Virus record (IMG/VR): IMGVR_UViG_3300037419_000317
From: a virus
Length of the DNA: 64,000 bases
Direction: 5' to 3' (one strand)
The notes beneath the pieces were generated by a model. It worked only from the letters and a program-made list of their open reading frames with translations, ran no database searches and was not told where the DNA came from. Shown one piece after another: positions 21,778 to 29,393 of this stretch. Each line of letters starts with the position of its first letter. Position 1 is the stretch's first letter. The position numbers and the translations under genes were made by a program.

Positions 21778-22518
21778 TCATTTCTTACGAGGCTTCTTTG
21801 CAGGTTTCGGCTCATTGTAGGCTTCTTCGAGTCCTTTGAACTCTTCTCCTACAGTCAAGCTGCCTGCCTCCTTGGAAGGCTTAAACTTGGTTTCTACAGC
21901 AGCAAACATTTCACCGATATTGATGTCCGACTCCCCACACTCACACTCTTCAACCTTACGAAGTTCTTCACGCATCTGGAAGCGTTGCATGCACTCCTCT
22001 GGCGTCAGGTAGAGTTCAAGGCCATCTTCAAGGCGCTTAATTTCCTCATCTGTCAGGTATCCAGTATACATATCACGGATAATCTTCTTATTAGCAGCAG
22101 TAGCATGTTTCACCTGAGCTTCCACATTCCCACCGTGCCCATATGCACCATACTGTACATTGTGAAACATGATTGTTGCATATTCGTTTACGTATAGGCT
22201 GTGGGCAAGCATCATGAGAAGTGTCCCCGCACTAGCAGTGTCGCTCTCTACGTGCATGTGGATGAAGGCTGCTGTGTTCTTCATGGATGAAATCAGGGGA
22301 ATGATGGAATGCAGCGCGCCTCCAATGGTAGAGAGCTTGATGTGTACAATATCGCCCTCTTGCGCTGTATCTAGAATGTCTACAAGTTGTGCAAACTGTT
22401 CTACATCGCGGAATTCTTTGTTGACAGTGGCTCGGTAGATGGTGTTGATTGGTGCTGCTGTCACTTCAAAAGGCTCTACAGCATCTTTGCCGAGAAGCTT
22501 GAGAATGTCGTTGTTCAT
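21778..22518 (-). CDS. ClpP-like serine protease (246 aa), outside the head module
   Basis: AGGAGGAAAC SD. SDTASAGTLL (candidate Ser) and IMFHNVQYG (candidate His) are spaced as in ClpP/S14. Acidic-basic C-terminal tail. Confidence 0.6.
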   Translation of the reverse strand: MNNDILKLLGKDAVEPFEVTAAPINTIYRATVNKEFRDVEQFAQLVDILDTAQEGDIVHIKLSTIGGALHSIIPLISSMKNTAAFIHMHVESDTASAGTLLMMLAHSLYVNEYATIMFHNVQYGAYGHGGNVEAQVKHATAANKKIIRDMYTGYLTDEEIKRLEDGLELYLTPEECMQRFQMREELRKVEECECGESDINIGEMFAAVETKFKPSKEAGSLTVGEEFKGLEEAYNEPKPAKKPRKK

Positions 22519-22526
22519 GTTTCCTC

Positions 22527-23315
22527 CTAGTTGTTGTAGTAATACATCTTGACGAATGCCCTGCACAATCCAGAACGAACAACATCATCTGGCGAGAACG
22601 TTACAACACCAATGTTATCTTCTAGACAATCAAGGTCTTCGTCTGCAAGGTAGTTTGGTTGGCTTGCAATAGCATCATCAATCATATTGATTGTCTTGAT
22701 AAGGCCACTCATTCCTTTCAGGTCATTCTGTTTCTGATCCCCTGTAAAGACAAACTGAGAGCCTTCACCAATGCGCGACAGGATCATCTCAAGCTCGTCT
22801 GCTGTGAGGTTTTGTGCTTCCTCGATGATGACAAGGGCATGTTCTACGCTCAGTCCTCGCATATGCTCAATACTCTGCATTTCTACAATATCTTTTTCAA
22901 GGCAGTAGTTGAGATGGTTTCCCATAAACTTCTTAAGGTGGGAGAGGGTTTGTGCGAAGAATGGAGTGAGTTTTTCTTTGAGACTGCCCGGCAACATTCC
23001 GAGGCTCTTGCCAACAGCAATATTGGCACGTACAAGAAGAATCTTGTCAATTTTCTTGTTGCGTAGTTGCTCTGCGGCATGATAGGCTGCAATGTAGCTC
23101 TTTCCTGTCCCTGCTGAGCCGATAGCGAACACCACTTGTCGGCCTTCTCGTAAGAATGCTAGAAGCTGTTTTTGGCGGGGATTGGCAGCTTCTAATTTCG
23201 GTGTTTTAGCTTGTTGCGGGACGAATAGTTCTCCCTGATGTGGCGTTGCAATAAAATCATCATCAATCTTAGCTTGGCGTGTCTTACGCTTAAGCCGTGT
23301 TGCCGATTTGGACAT
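22527..23315 (-). CDS. phoH: PhoH-like ATPase
   Basis: Walker A GSAGTGKSY, Walker B-like LVIIEEAQNLT. 262 aa. GAAGGAAG SD. Confidence 0.85.
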   Translation of the reverse strand: MSKSATRLKRKTRQAKIDDDFIATPHQGELFVPQQAKTPKLEAANPRQKQLLAFLREGRQVVFAIGSAGTGKSYIAAYHAAEQLRNKKIDKILLVRANIAVGKSLGMLPGSLKEKLTPFFAQTLSHLKKFMGNHLNYCLEKDIVEMQSIEHMRGLSVEHALVIIEEAQNLTADELEMILSRIGEGSQFVFTGDQKQNDLKGMSGLIKTINMIDDAIASQPNYLADEDLDCLEDNIGVVTFSPDDVVRSGLCRAFVKMYYYNN

Positions 23316-23340
23316 TCATCTTCCTTCAGTAAAAATGTTA

Positions 23341-23380
23341 ATGGAATATCCCACCAAGGAGAAGTAGTAGGATATTCCAT
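23341..23380. promoter_or_regulatory. 11-bp inverted repeat ATGGAATATCC...GGATATTCCAT overlapping the phoH -10/start region
   Basis: Arms at 23341-23351 and 23370-23380. The right arm overlaps the -10 at 23379-23384. Confidence 0.6.
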
Positions 23381-23407
23381 ATTAGCATTACGAGCCTTAA
23401 ATGTCAA
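23379..23407 (-). promoter_or_regulatory. sigma70-like promoter of the phoH/clpP-like operon
   Basis: Minus strand reads TTGACA-N17-TAATAT. Confidence 0.7.
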
Positions 23408-23425
23408 ATTAGTGTAGCCTGAAGT

Positions 23426-23665
23426 CTAGTGCGGCTCTAGCCAATCGACAGTATCGGAGAACAACCACCGCCCCTCTTCGTAAACTGAGTTTTTACAAAG
23501 TAAAGGTAAGCGGAACACACCTTGCTCAAGGCAGTCCACAATCCCTAATAGTTTAATGTGGTAGAAATTACTAATATATTCTACAACAATCCCCTTCCGA
23601 AGTTTCCAAATGTCAACTTCAGTGTTAGCAAATTTAACTTTCATGGGACTCTTCTTTACGCGCAT
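23426..23665 (-). CDS. hypothetical protein (79 aa)
   Basis: AAGGAG SD 7 nt before ATG 23665. Same frame as track ORF 23426-23773. Confidence 0.55.
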   Translation of the reverse strand: MRVKKSPMKVKFANTEVDIWKLRKGIVVEYISNFYHIKLLGIVDCLEQGVFRLPLLCKNSVYEEGRWLFSDTVDWLEPH

Positions 23666-23993
23666 CAATATTCTCCTTGCGCTTTGCACGAGCCTTAGCC
23701 ATCTGCTCCCGGCGAGCGTTGGTGTCCCACACAGGGATGCCTTCGATGACCTTCTCGATACGATCCTTGGCACGCCTCACAGTGTCATTGTTTTTGTAGA
23801 GTTCAATATCGTACAGAGTGAAATTGTGGTTGGGGGCAACCTCTTGACTCACTCGCCAACCTTGTGATAGAAGTTCTTCCAGCTCGTAAATGATTGTGAT
23901 GAAAGAAGGCCCAACAAGGGTGCGGTATTCAGTTTTGTTGTCCTCCGAGGTGGTTTCAATAGTCATTACATCGTTATTCGTCGTCATAATCAT
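23634..23993 (-). CDS. hypothetical protein (119 aa)
   Basis: GGGAGGA SD. Basic C-terminal tail (ARAKRKENIDARKEE). Confidence 0.6.
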   Translation of the reverse strand: MIMTTNNDVMTIETTSEDNKTEYRTLVGPSFITIIYELEELLSQGWRVSQEVAPNHNFTLYDIELYKNNDTVRRAKDRIEKVIEGIPVWDTNARREQMAKARAKRKENIDARKEESHES

Positions 23994-24102
23994 CCTCCCA
24001 AAGTTTGATAGGTTTGTTGTTAAAGTAATAATCTAGGTCTTCTACAATTTTTTCGTTACGCTCGTATTCCTCTACAAGTTCGTTTAGGGACAACTCTTTC
24101 AT
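23974..24102 (-). CDS. hypothetical acidic small protein (42 aa)
   Basis: ATGA overlap with the PcfJ-like stop. Hand-translated as MKELSLNELVEEYERNEKIVEDL... Confidence 0.4.
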   Translation of the reverse strand: MKELSLNELVEEYERNEKIVEDLDYYFNNKPIKLWEDDYDDE

Positions 24103-25250
24103 TCTACCTCCTTTTTATTAAGAAGGTCAAGAATCTTGTTTGGAATACTGGCCTCCACTTCATCCGTTACGCGACGGTTGTATTTACCGTAGTGCTGATT
24201 TTTCATGTAGTAGGGCTTTTTATCAGCTTCCCAATCTTTAATAGTAACCCCTAATGTACTACTCCGTTCATCCCCTTTCTTAATAGAGTACACTAGATAT
24301 CTTCCCTCTGAAACCAATCTAGAATACCCTGCAACACAGTGCCCCATCGCATTTCCCTCTTCTGCAATATCGAAAGCACTTTCGAGAATATGCGCAGTAT
24401 ATTCGCCGACTTTCAACTCTTTAACGCGAATATTTTTAGTTACCTCAAATGGCGTCTTAGGGTAGCGTTTAGCGTTAAGCTCTGCAAACATCCTGTCGTG
24501 CTCCTCCTTCAAACGCCTTGGGGTCCAGCGTGCATCTACAACCAGCCCCAACTGGTTTGCCATAAGTTTTGTATCTAGAAAGAGCCTAGAAGCCTCCTGC
24601 ATCTTTTTCTTGTTATTCCACTGACCTTTGTAGTGCATCGCCAAATGTTTAAGTGCGGCTGTGTCTACTTGATATATACTGTTTATCCCTTTCAGAAGAG
24701 ATGTAGGTAAATTGCAAGCGTCTACAATATCATCATCATCTAGTTTTGCAAGATACTTATTTTTATTGTTACTGTTCTTGGCGATAACTTTCCAACTTCC
24801 TTTGAATTGTGATTTTAGCTCTGCCGGACTTTTACCCTTCCATGCTACGATTGGAAGAATGTTGTGTAAACCGTCTTCGTATGTTTGTTGCACAACAGAA
24901 ATGTTCTTACAAATGCATAAGAGAGCTTTAGCATCAATATTACCCGGTTTATAATTCACTTTGGCAAGATATTTGATGTATGGAGCTACAAAATGTTTGT
25001 AAGCGAGTTTTCGGTAGTGAGAATATGCTTTAGTAGGTGAAATGCCTAAAAAATCAGCAGCAACTTTGTTGAATTTCTTAGGGTGCCCCTCGTAGAAAAA
25101 TACTCCGTTATCTTCTGCCACCTCCTTAACCCAAATTTTCCAAGCTGGTGTAGTGCCGATTGATGTTTGGTAGGGTTTCCACTTATCCTCTTTCCACTTC
25201 CCTACAGTGATGGTCTTGTTGTGCTCATCCCATTCAATACGCAATCCCAT
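24099..25250 (-). CDS. PcfJ-like protein (383 aa)
   Basis: GGAGGTGA SD. The C-terminal GNAMGHCVAGYSRLVSEGRYLVYSI matches the PcfJ-like domain signature by eye. Confidence 0.55.
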   Translation of the reverse strand: MGLRIEWDEHNKTITVGKWKEDKWKPYQTSIGTTPAWKIWVKEVAEDNGVFFYEGHPKKFNKVAADFLGISPTKAYSHYRKLAYKHFVAPYIKYLAKVNYKPGNIDAKALLCICKNISVVQQTYEDGLHNILPIVAWKGKSPAELKSQFKGSWKVIAKNSNNKNKYLAKLDDDDIVDACNLPTSLLKGINSIYQVDTAALKHLAMHYKGQWNNKKKMQEASRLFLDTKLMANQLGLVVDARWTPRRLKEEHDRMFAELNAKRYPKTPFEVTKNIRVKELKVGEYTAHILESAFDIAEEGNAMGHCVAGYSRLVSEGRYLVYSIKKGDERSSTLGVTIKDWEADKKPYYMKNQHYGKYNRRVTDEVEASIPNKILDLLNKKEVE

Positions 25251-25260
25251 GTATCACCTC

Positions 25261-25428
25261 CTATTTTACCACTGCCAGTACAGTTGGGGTTTTGCTGTTA
25301 AACGGAAGGCTAAGAGCAAGATGCTCCTTGACACTGAGAATTGCTGTTTTAAAGTCTTCCGCATTCTCAACGTCAATCCTTCCTAGTCCAGTCATCCCAT
25401 ACTTAAAATAACACTTTACACTCTCCAT
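25261..25428 (-). CDS. hypothetical protein (55 aa)
   Basis: GGAGGGAAG SD before ATG 25428. Last 55 codons of track ORF 25261-25734, whose 5' part runs through two promoters. Confidence 0.5.
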   Translation of the reverse strand: MESVKCYFKYGMTGLGRIDVENAEDFKTAILSVKEHLALSLPFNSKTPTVLAVVK

Positions 25429-25459
25429 CTTCCCTCCGTAAAAACTGTTAAGAAACTGC

Positions 25460-25488
25460 ATAGTAGCATGCACATTGACGCCTGTCAA
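25460..25488 (-). promoter_or_regulatory. sigma70-like promoter (minus), divergent partner
   Basis: Minus strand reads TTGACA-N17-TACTAT. Confidence 0.7.
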
Positions 25489-25508
25489 GCCCTTAAAATG
25501 CACAAAAT

Positions 25509-25537
25509 TTGACAAGAAGCCACACTTATGATACAAT
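25509..25537 (+). promoter_or_regulatory. consensus sigma70-like promoter (plus)
   Basis: AAATTTGACAAGAAGCC...TACAAT with N17. Shares about 21 nt with the promoter at 25973. Confidence 0.75.
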
Positions 25538-25570
25538 TCTGCCATTAAGAATACTAAGGAGTAGGATAAC

Positions 25571-25945
25571 ATGGGTGAGCTTGTAGAAGCAAGGGCACAG
25601 CCAATTTTTAAGAAAGAGCATGAGCTTACTGATTTGCTCAAGAAGCTTAAGAAGCTGTCTAAGAAGACTATCGAGGTGTTGGAACAGGGGCTTGAGAGCA
25701 AGGATGAACGCATCAAGCAGCAGGCGGCTAACAAGATTATGGACTATCTTATCAGCATGTCCAAGGAAGTCAATCAGGACCAGTTGGCACGCTTGGTCTT
25801 AGAGGTCAAGACATCAGGTTTGATTGGTGCAGGGTCTACAGCGACGCAGGATGACAACACGCCAGAACTTAACTTTGACGAAATCCACCCTGATTTTGCC
25901 GATGCAGAGATTGTAGATATGAGCGATGTGAAGGCTGTAAAATAA
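25571..25945 (+). CDS. hypothetical protein, possible small terminase subunit (position-based)
   Basis: AAGGAG SD. 124 aa. Helical N-terminal half (TIEVLEQGLESKDERIKQQAANKIMDYL), acidic C-terminus. First gene of the packaging module. Confidence 0.55.
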   Translation: MGELVEARAQPIFKKEHELTDLLKKLKKLSKKTIEVLEQGLESKDERIKQQAANKIMDYLISMSKEVNQDQLARLVLEVKTSGLIGAGSTATQDDNTPELNFDEIHPDFADAEIVDMSDVKAVK

Positions 25946-25972
25946 CAATTTTGTGCGTAAAAGTGCAAAAAT

Positions 25973-26001
25973 TTGACAAGAAGCCTTCTTAGGTGTACAA
26001 T
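25973..26001 (+). promoter_or_regulatory. consensus sigma70-like promoter of the RNA/tRNA unit
   Basis: TTGACA-N17-TACAAT. Duplicate of the 25509 promoter core. Confidence 0.75.
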
Positions 26002-26007
26002 TCGGTT

Positions 26008-26318
26008 TGTTGGTTAGCAATAGACAGATTTAGCCTCGTCAGCGTGTTATCTGTCGCCAAAGAGGATGACGAACCTCGCAACCACAACCTATCCTTCGGG
26101 AGAATGAGCCTACTGCACTCTGTGGTAGGTCTATCGAGGCTTTTGTCACAGAGCCAGCGTAGCGAATCAGTGACTGCTCATAAGGCTTGCCACGCCTTCA
26201 CAAGAATTGGCTAGAATGCTTCTTTCGAGGCGTTCTATTAGAGTGCTCTCCAGCAGCCCTAGTTCCCCTCCTTAATTGGGGTTGCTAGGATTTTGAGCAT
26301 TCTAATAGGATAAATTTT
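26008..26318 (+). ncRNA. structured untranslated leader RNA upstream of tRNA-Thr (function unknown)
   Basis: About 310 nt between a consensus promoter and the tRNA, with no SD-preceded ORF. Hairpins GACAGAT/ATCTGTC (26023/26049) and CCTAC/GTAGG (26109/26125). Mutually exclusive pairings of 26212-26220 or 26235-26248 with 26295-26308. Confidence 0.45.
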
Positions 26319-26394
26319 GCCGTCTTAGCTCAGTTGGAAGAGCAGCATCTTTGTAAGTTGAAGGCCGTGGGTTCGAATCCTACAGGCGGCACCA
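26319..26394 (+). tRNA. tRNA-Thr (anticodon UGU)
   Basis: Hand-folded cloverleaf. Acceptor GCCGTCT/AGGCGGC, D arm GCTC/GAGC, anticodon loop TT-TGT-AA, T arm GTGGG-TTCGAAT-CCTAC, encoded CCA. The anticodon stem has G.A and U.U mismatches. Confidence 0.75.
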
Positions 26395-26548
26395 TCTACG
26401 CAAGCAGCTCATCCCACCAGACAATCAGAGTCAAAATGGCGTGATGCTTGCACCTACAAAGCGAGTAGGCCACTCGTAAAGCCTTCGGAGCACCATCATT
26501 CGTTTCACGTTGCTGTGATCCCGGTGGGCACGGAGCACCTAATAATAT
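26395..26548 (+). ncRNA. structured inter-tRNA spacer RNA (function unknown)
   Basis: 154 nt. Hairpin CGAGT-AGGCC-ACTCG (26462-26476). Long-range CCCACC/GGTGGG pairing (26413/26523). No tRNA T-loop. Confidence 0.3.
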
Positions 26549-26623
26549 GCGGGATTGGTATAGGTGGATGTGCAGGAGCCTTCCAAGCTCATGAGGCCGG
26601 TTCGATACCGGCATCCCGCTCCA
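26549..26623 (+). tRNA. tRNA-Gly (anticodon UCC)
   Basis: Hand-folded cloverleaf. Acceptor GCGGGAT/ATCCCGC, anticodon loop CT-TCC-AA, T arm GCCGG-TTCGATA-CCGGC, encoded CCA. Confidence 0.8.
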
Positions 26624-26676
26624 GATTTATTAACACAAGGAGAGAAGCATGAAAGAAGGCATCGGAGTCGCTTGAT

Positions 26677-26934
26677 ATGTCTGACAATAATACAAAAACT
26701 TACCATTGGGACTCAGGTAAGGGAAGTCGTCCTCGTTCCTACAGCGTGTCTCAAGAGGAATTCGGAAAGAATTGGGATGCTATCTTCGGGAAGAAGGAAA
26801 TGACTCTTGGAGACGGAAACAACATCCATCCTATGACTCAGGACGAGATTGACGAGTTGACTGCTGTGTTGGACGAATTGGAAGATACTGGTTGTAGCAC
26901 TACTGTCGAGGTCGAAAAAGCCGCCGAGGGCTAG
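26677..26934 (+). CDS. hypothetical acidic protein (85 aa)
   Basis: GGAG 9 nt upstream. ORF track. Confidence 0.55.
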   Translation: MSDNNTKTYHWDSGKGSRPRSYSVSQEEFGKNWDAIFGKKEMTLGDGNNIHPMTQDEIDELTAVLDELEDTGCSTTVEVEKAAEG

Positions 26935-27081
26935 TTAAATACTCGTAACAAATTTCGCCTACGGGGAATGCCCCAAGAGGCGTCTATGCTGCCTAGTGGC
27001 GGCAAATTCGTGGAGAGGGCCGCTCTGAGGTGGCTAAGGTACGGGCAAGGTTGCGTGGCGCTGTACTACCAATTTTTAAAG

Positions 27082-27112
27082 CCTGCTATCAGAAATGGTA
27101 GCGGGTTTTTCG
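27082..27112 (+). terminator. rho-independent terminator
   Basis: CCTGCTATC-AGAAAT-GGTAGCGGG followed by TTTTT. Confidence 0.7.
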
Positions 27113-27196
27113 TGTTTTGTGGTGAAAAGGACTGATCCTCCTTCCGAAGCTACACCTTTGGATAGCCACTCTTATTAACTCGTGTAGGAGAAAGAA

Positions 27197-27937
27197 ATGT
27201 TTTGTAAAAATGAAGATTTGTCTGGTCAGAAATTTGGCAGGTGGTTAGTTGTAAATTTAGCACAAGCAGGTAGTAAGCGGAAGTGGAACTGCGTTTGTGA
27301 TTGTGGGACATCGCGCGGCGTTTTAGCACAAGCCCTTAAGCGTGGTACATCTACCAGTTGTGGATGTTTTCAAAAAGAAAAATTAGCAGAGCGGAGCATT
27401 ACGCACGGACTTACTAAATTCCCCGGTTATAGCAACTTCTTAGAAATGCATGATAGGTGTTATAACGCAGAGAGCCAAGCGTATAAATACTACGGTGCTG
27501 TTGGAGTGTATGTAGAAAAAGATATTTGGGAGTTTGACGATTTCATTAAGGCAATCGGACCAAAACCTTCTGATGAGCATAGTATTGGAAGAATTGACAA
27601 CTCTCTTCCATATAGAGCAGATAATATAAGGTGGGAGACGAAGGCTCAGCAAGCACGTAACCGCTGGATGATTTCAAGTAATAAATCGGGTGTAACTGGA
27701 GTGCACTTATCAGAAGATGTTGTAGACGGTGTAACCTACCAAAGATGGATCGGTAAATATACAAACCTAGACGGTAAACAAAAGAAAAAGAGTTTTAGTG
27801 TAAAGAAGTTCGGGTTTGAAGCTGCAAAGACTTTGGCAACGGAGTTCAGGGAAAACGGGATAAAATCACTACAAGCATTGGGTGCAGATTACGGGGAGAA
27901 GCACGGATTACCTAGGGAGTTAGAAAAGAATGAGTAA
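27197..27937 (+). CDS. HNH-family (IDR-type) endonuclease with AP2-like DNA-binding domain
   Basis: AGGAGAAAG SD. GRIDNSLPYRADNIRWETKAQQARN nuclease motif. C-terminal GVTGVHL...YQRWIGKY...FGFEAAKTLA is AP2-like. Overlaps the TerL start. Confidence 0.65.
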   Translation: MFCKNEDLSGQKFGRWLVVNLAQAGSKRKWNCVCDCGTSRGVLAQALKRGTSTSCGCFQKEKLAERSITHGLTKFPGYSNFLEMHDRCYNAESQAYKYYGAVGVYVEKDIWEFDDFIKAIGPKPSDEHSIGRIDNSLPYRADNIRWETKAQQARNRWMISSNKSGVTGVHLSEDVVDGVTYQRWIGKYTNLDGKQKKKSFSVKKFGFEAAKTLATEFRENGIKSLQALGADYGEKHGLPRELEKNE

Positions 27938-29363
27938 GAAAGAAAAGCCGGTCCTTGGGCCGGATTCTTTGACGCACAAACGCTTCTTAGATTGTACAAG
28001 TGACTACGTAATCTTTGGCGGAGGAGCCGGGTGTGGCAAGAGCCATCAGGCACTTTTGAAAGTCCTAAAATACAAAGACGACCCCAATTTTCGTGGGGTG
28101 TTTATCCGAGAAACGTCTACGCAGCTATCTCAAGCTGGTGGCCTCTACCAAGAGGCTGAAAAGATGTGGAAGCAATTCGGTGCGAAATTCAAGACGCACC
28201 CTCAAATGACTGCAACTTTTCCGTCAGGCGCGCAAGTGCAATTCAAAGTGTGCGGAGCTGATAGGGACATCTCCAACTACGATGGTGGTCAGTTCTCCCT
28301 TGTGGTATTTGACGAAGCTCAGAACCACACGGATGTGCAAATCCGCTATCTAGAATCCCGTATTCGTTCTCAGGCCAAAGGGCCGCACCAGTTAGTGTGC
28401 ACTTGCAATCCGCGCAGGGATAGTCACCTAATGCCTTTCGTGAATTGGTATCTTGACCAAGACACAGGTATTCCTATTCCAGAGCGCTCTGGTGTTGAGC
28501 GTTACTACGCTTCCTATAACGGAACGATGGTATTTGCGGATACACGAGAAGAACTGCTGGAACAATATGAAGGCGTAAGGCCACAAAGCTACACCTTTAT
28601 CAGCGCCACTATTCGGGACAACCCTCGAATGAAAATCCTAAATCCCGGCTATGTGGCTCGTCTTGAGAATCTTAAGCGAGTTGAACGGGAACGTCTGCTG
28701 CTGGGAAGCTGGTTTGCTAAAGAATCCACTTCAGGTTATTTCAAGCGGGATTGGTGCGAGATTGTAGATAAATGTCCTGCTCTGGTTACTACTCGTGCTC
28801 GGGGGATGGACTTAGCCAGCACTCTTAAATCCGAAAGCAATCCTGATCCAGACTGGACAGCATCTACTAGACTTTCTAAAGGAAAAGATGGATTCTACTA
28901 TGTAGAGCACGTCGAGAGGTATAGAAAGCTAACAAACAGTGTTTTAGAGCAGATTGTAGACACTTCAAGACTTGACTTAGGCGAACTAGGAAGGCAAGTT
29001 CCTGTGTTTATTCCGAAAGACCCCGGAGCAGCAGGAGCCGCAGCTAATATGTTCTTCATCAAGACGCTTGTGGAGAATGGAGTGGATGCCCGTACAGAGA
29101 TGGTGTCAGGCCATTCTGGCAAGCTTTCTAGGATGCAGCCTTTCCTGTCTCTGGCAGAAGCCGGTCTAGTTAAGGTGGTGAAGGGAGATTGGAACGAGAT
29201 GTGGTTCAACGAGCTTGAGGACTACATCGATGGGAACAGGAACCAAAAGGACGACATGTGGGATAGCACTGCTACAGCAGCTAAAGCTGTTATGAAGCAA
29301 ATAACAATCCCATCATTTAGCCTTCCTGTAAATACTCAAGCTTCTCCTATCCCCTCCCTATAA
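27930..29363 (+). CDS. terL: terminase large subunit
   Basis: 477 aa. Walker A FGGGAGCGKSH, Walker B LVVFDEAQ. Precedes the portal. Confidence 0.85.
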   Translation: MSKKEKPVLGPDSLTHKRFLDCTSDYVIFGGGAGCGKSHQALLKVLKYKDDPNFRGVFIRETSTQLSQAGGLYQEAEKMWKQFGAKFKTHPQMTATFPSGAQVQFKVCGADRDISNYDGGQFSLVVFDEAQNHTDVQIRYLESRIRSQAKGPHQLVCTCNPRRDSHLMPFVNWYLDQDTGIPIPERSGVERYYASYNGTMVFADTREELLEQYEGVRPQSYTFISATIRDNPRMKILNPGYVARLENLKRVERERLLLGSWFAKESTSGYFKRDWCEIVDKCPALVTTRARGMDLASTLKSESNPDPDWTASTRLSKGKDGFYYVEHVERYRKLTNSVLEQIVDTSRLDLGELGRQVPVFIPKDPGAAGAAANMFFIKTLVENGVDARTEMVSGHSGKLSRMQPFLSLAEAGLVKVVKGDWNEMWFNELEDYIDGNRNQKDDMWDSTATAAKAVMKQITIPSFSLPVNTQASPIPSL

Positions 29364-29393
29364 TATAACACTTTTGCAGGATTGTGTGCAAAA

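Noticed and set aside
25261-25734. The full 157-aa minus-strand track ORF.
   Set aside because: Its 5' two-thirds run through two opposing consensus promoters and antisense to the start of 25571-25945. Only the last 55 codons, which follow a GGAGGGAAG SD, were kept.
25993-26214. The 73-aa plus-strand track ORF in the tRNA leader.
   Set aside because: Its start codon lies inside the -10 hexamer, upstream of the predicted TSS. It has no SD. The region is full of RNA stems.
26395-26548. A third, degenerate tRNA between tRNA-Thr and tRNA-Gly.
   Set aside because: There is no GTTCGA-type T-loop with flanking complementary arms, and no acceptor-stem pairing. It is kept only as a structured spacer.
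26649-26675. An 8-codon upstream ORF (MKEGIGVA) after a strong AAGGAGAG SD, just before gene 26677-26934.
   Set aside because: It is too short to support as a gene. GGAG at 26664 already serves as the SD for ATG 26677. Noted only as possible translational coupling.
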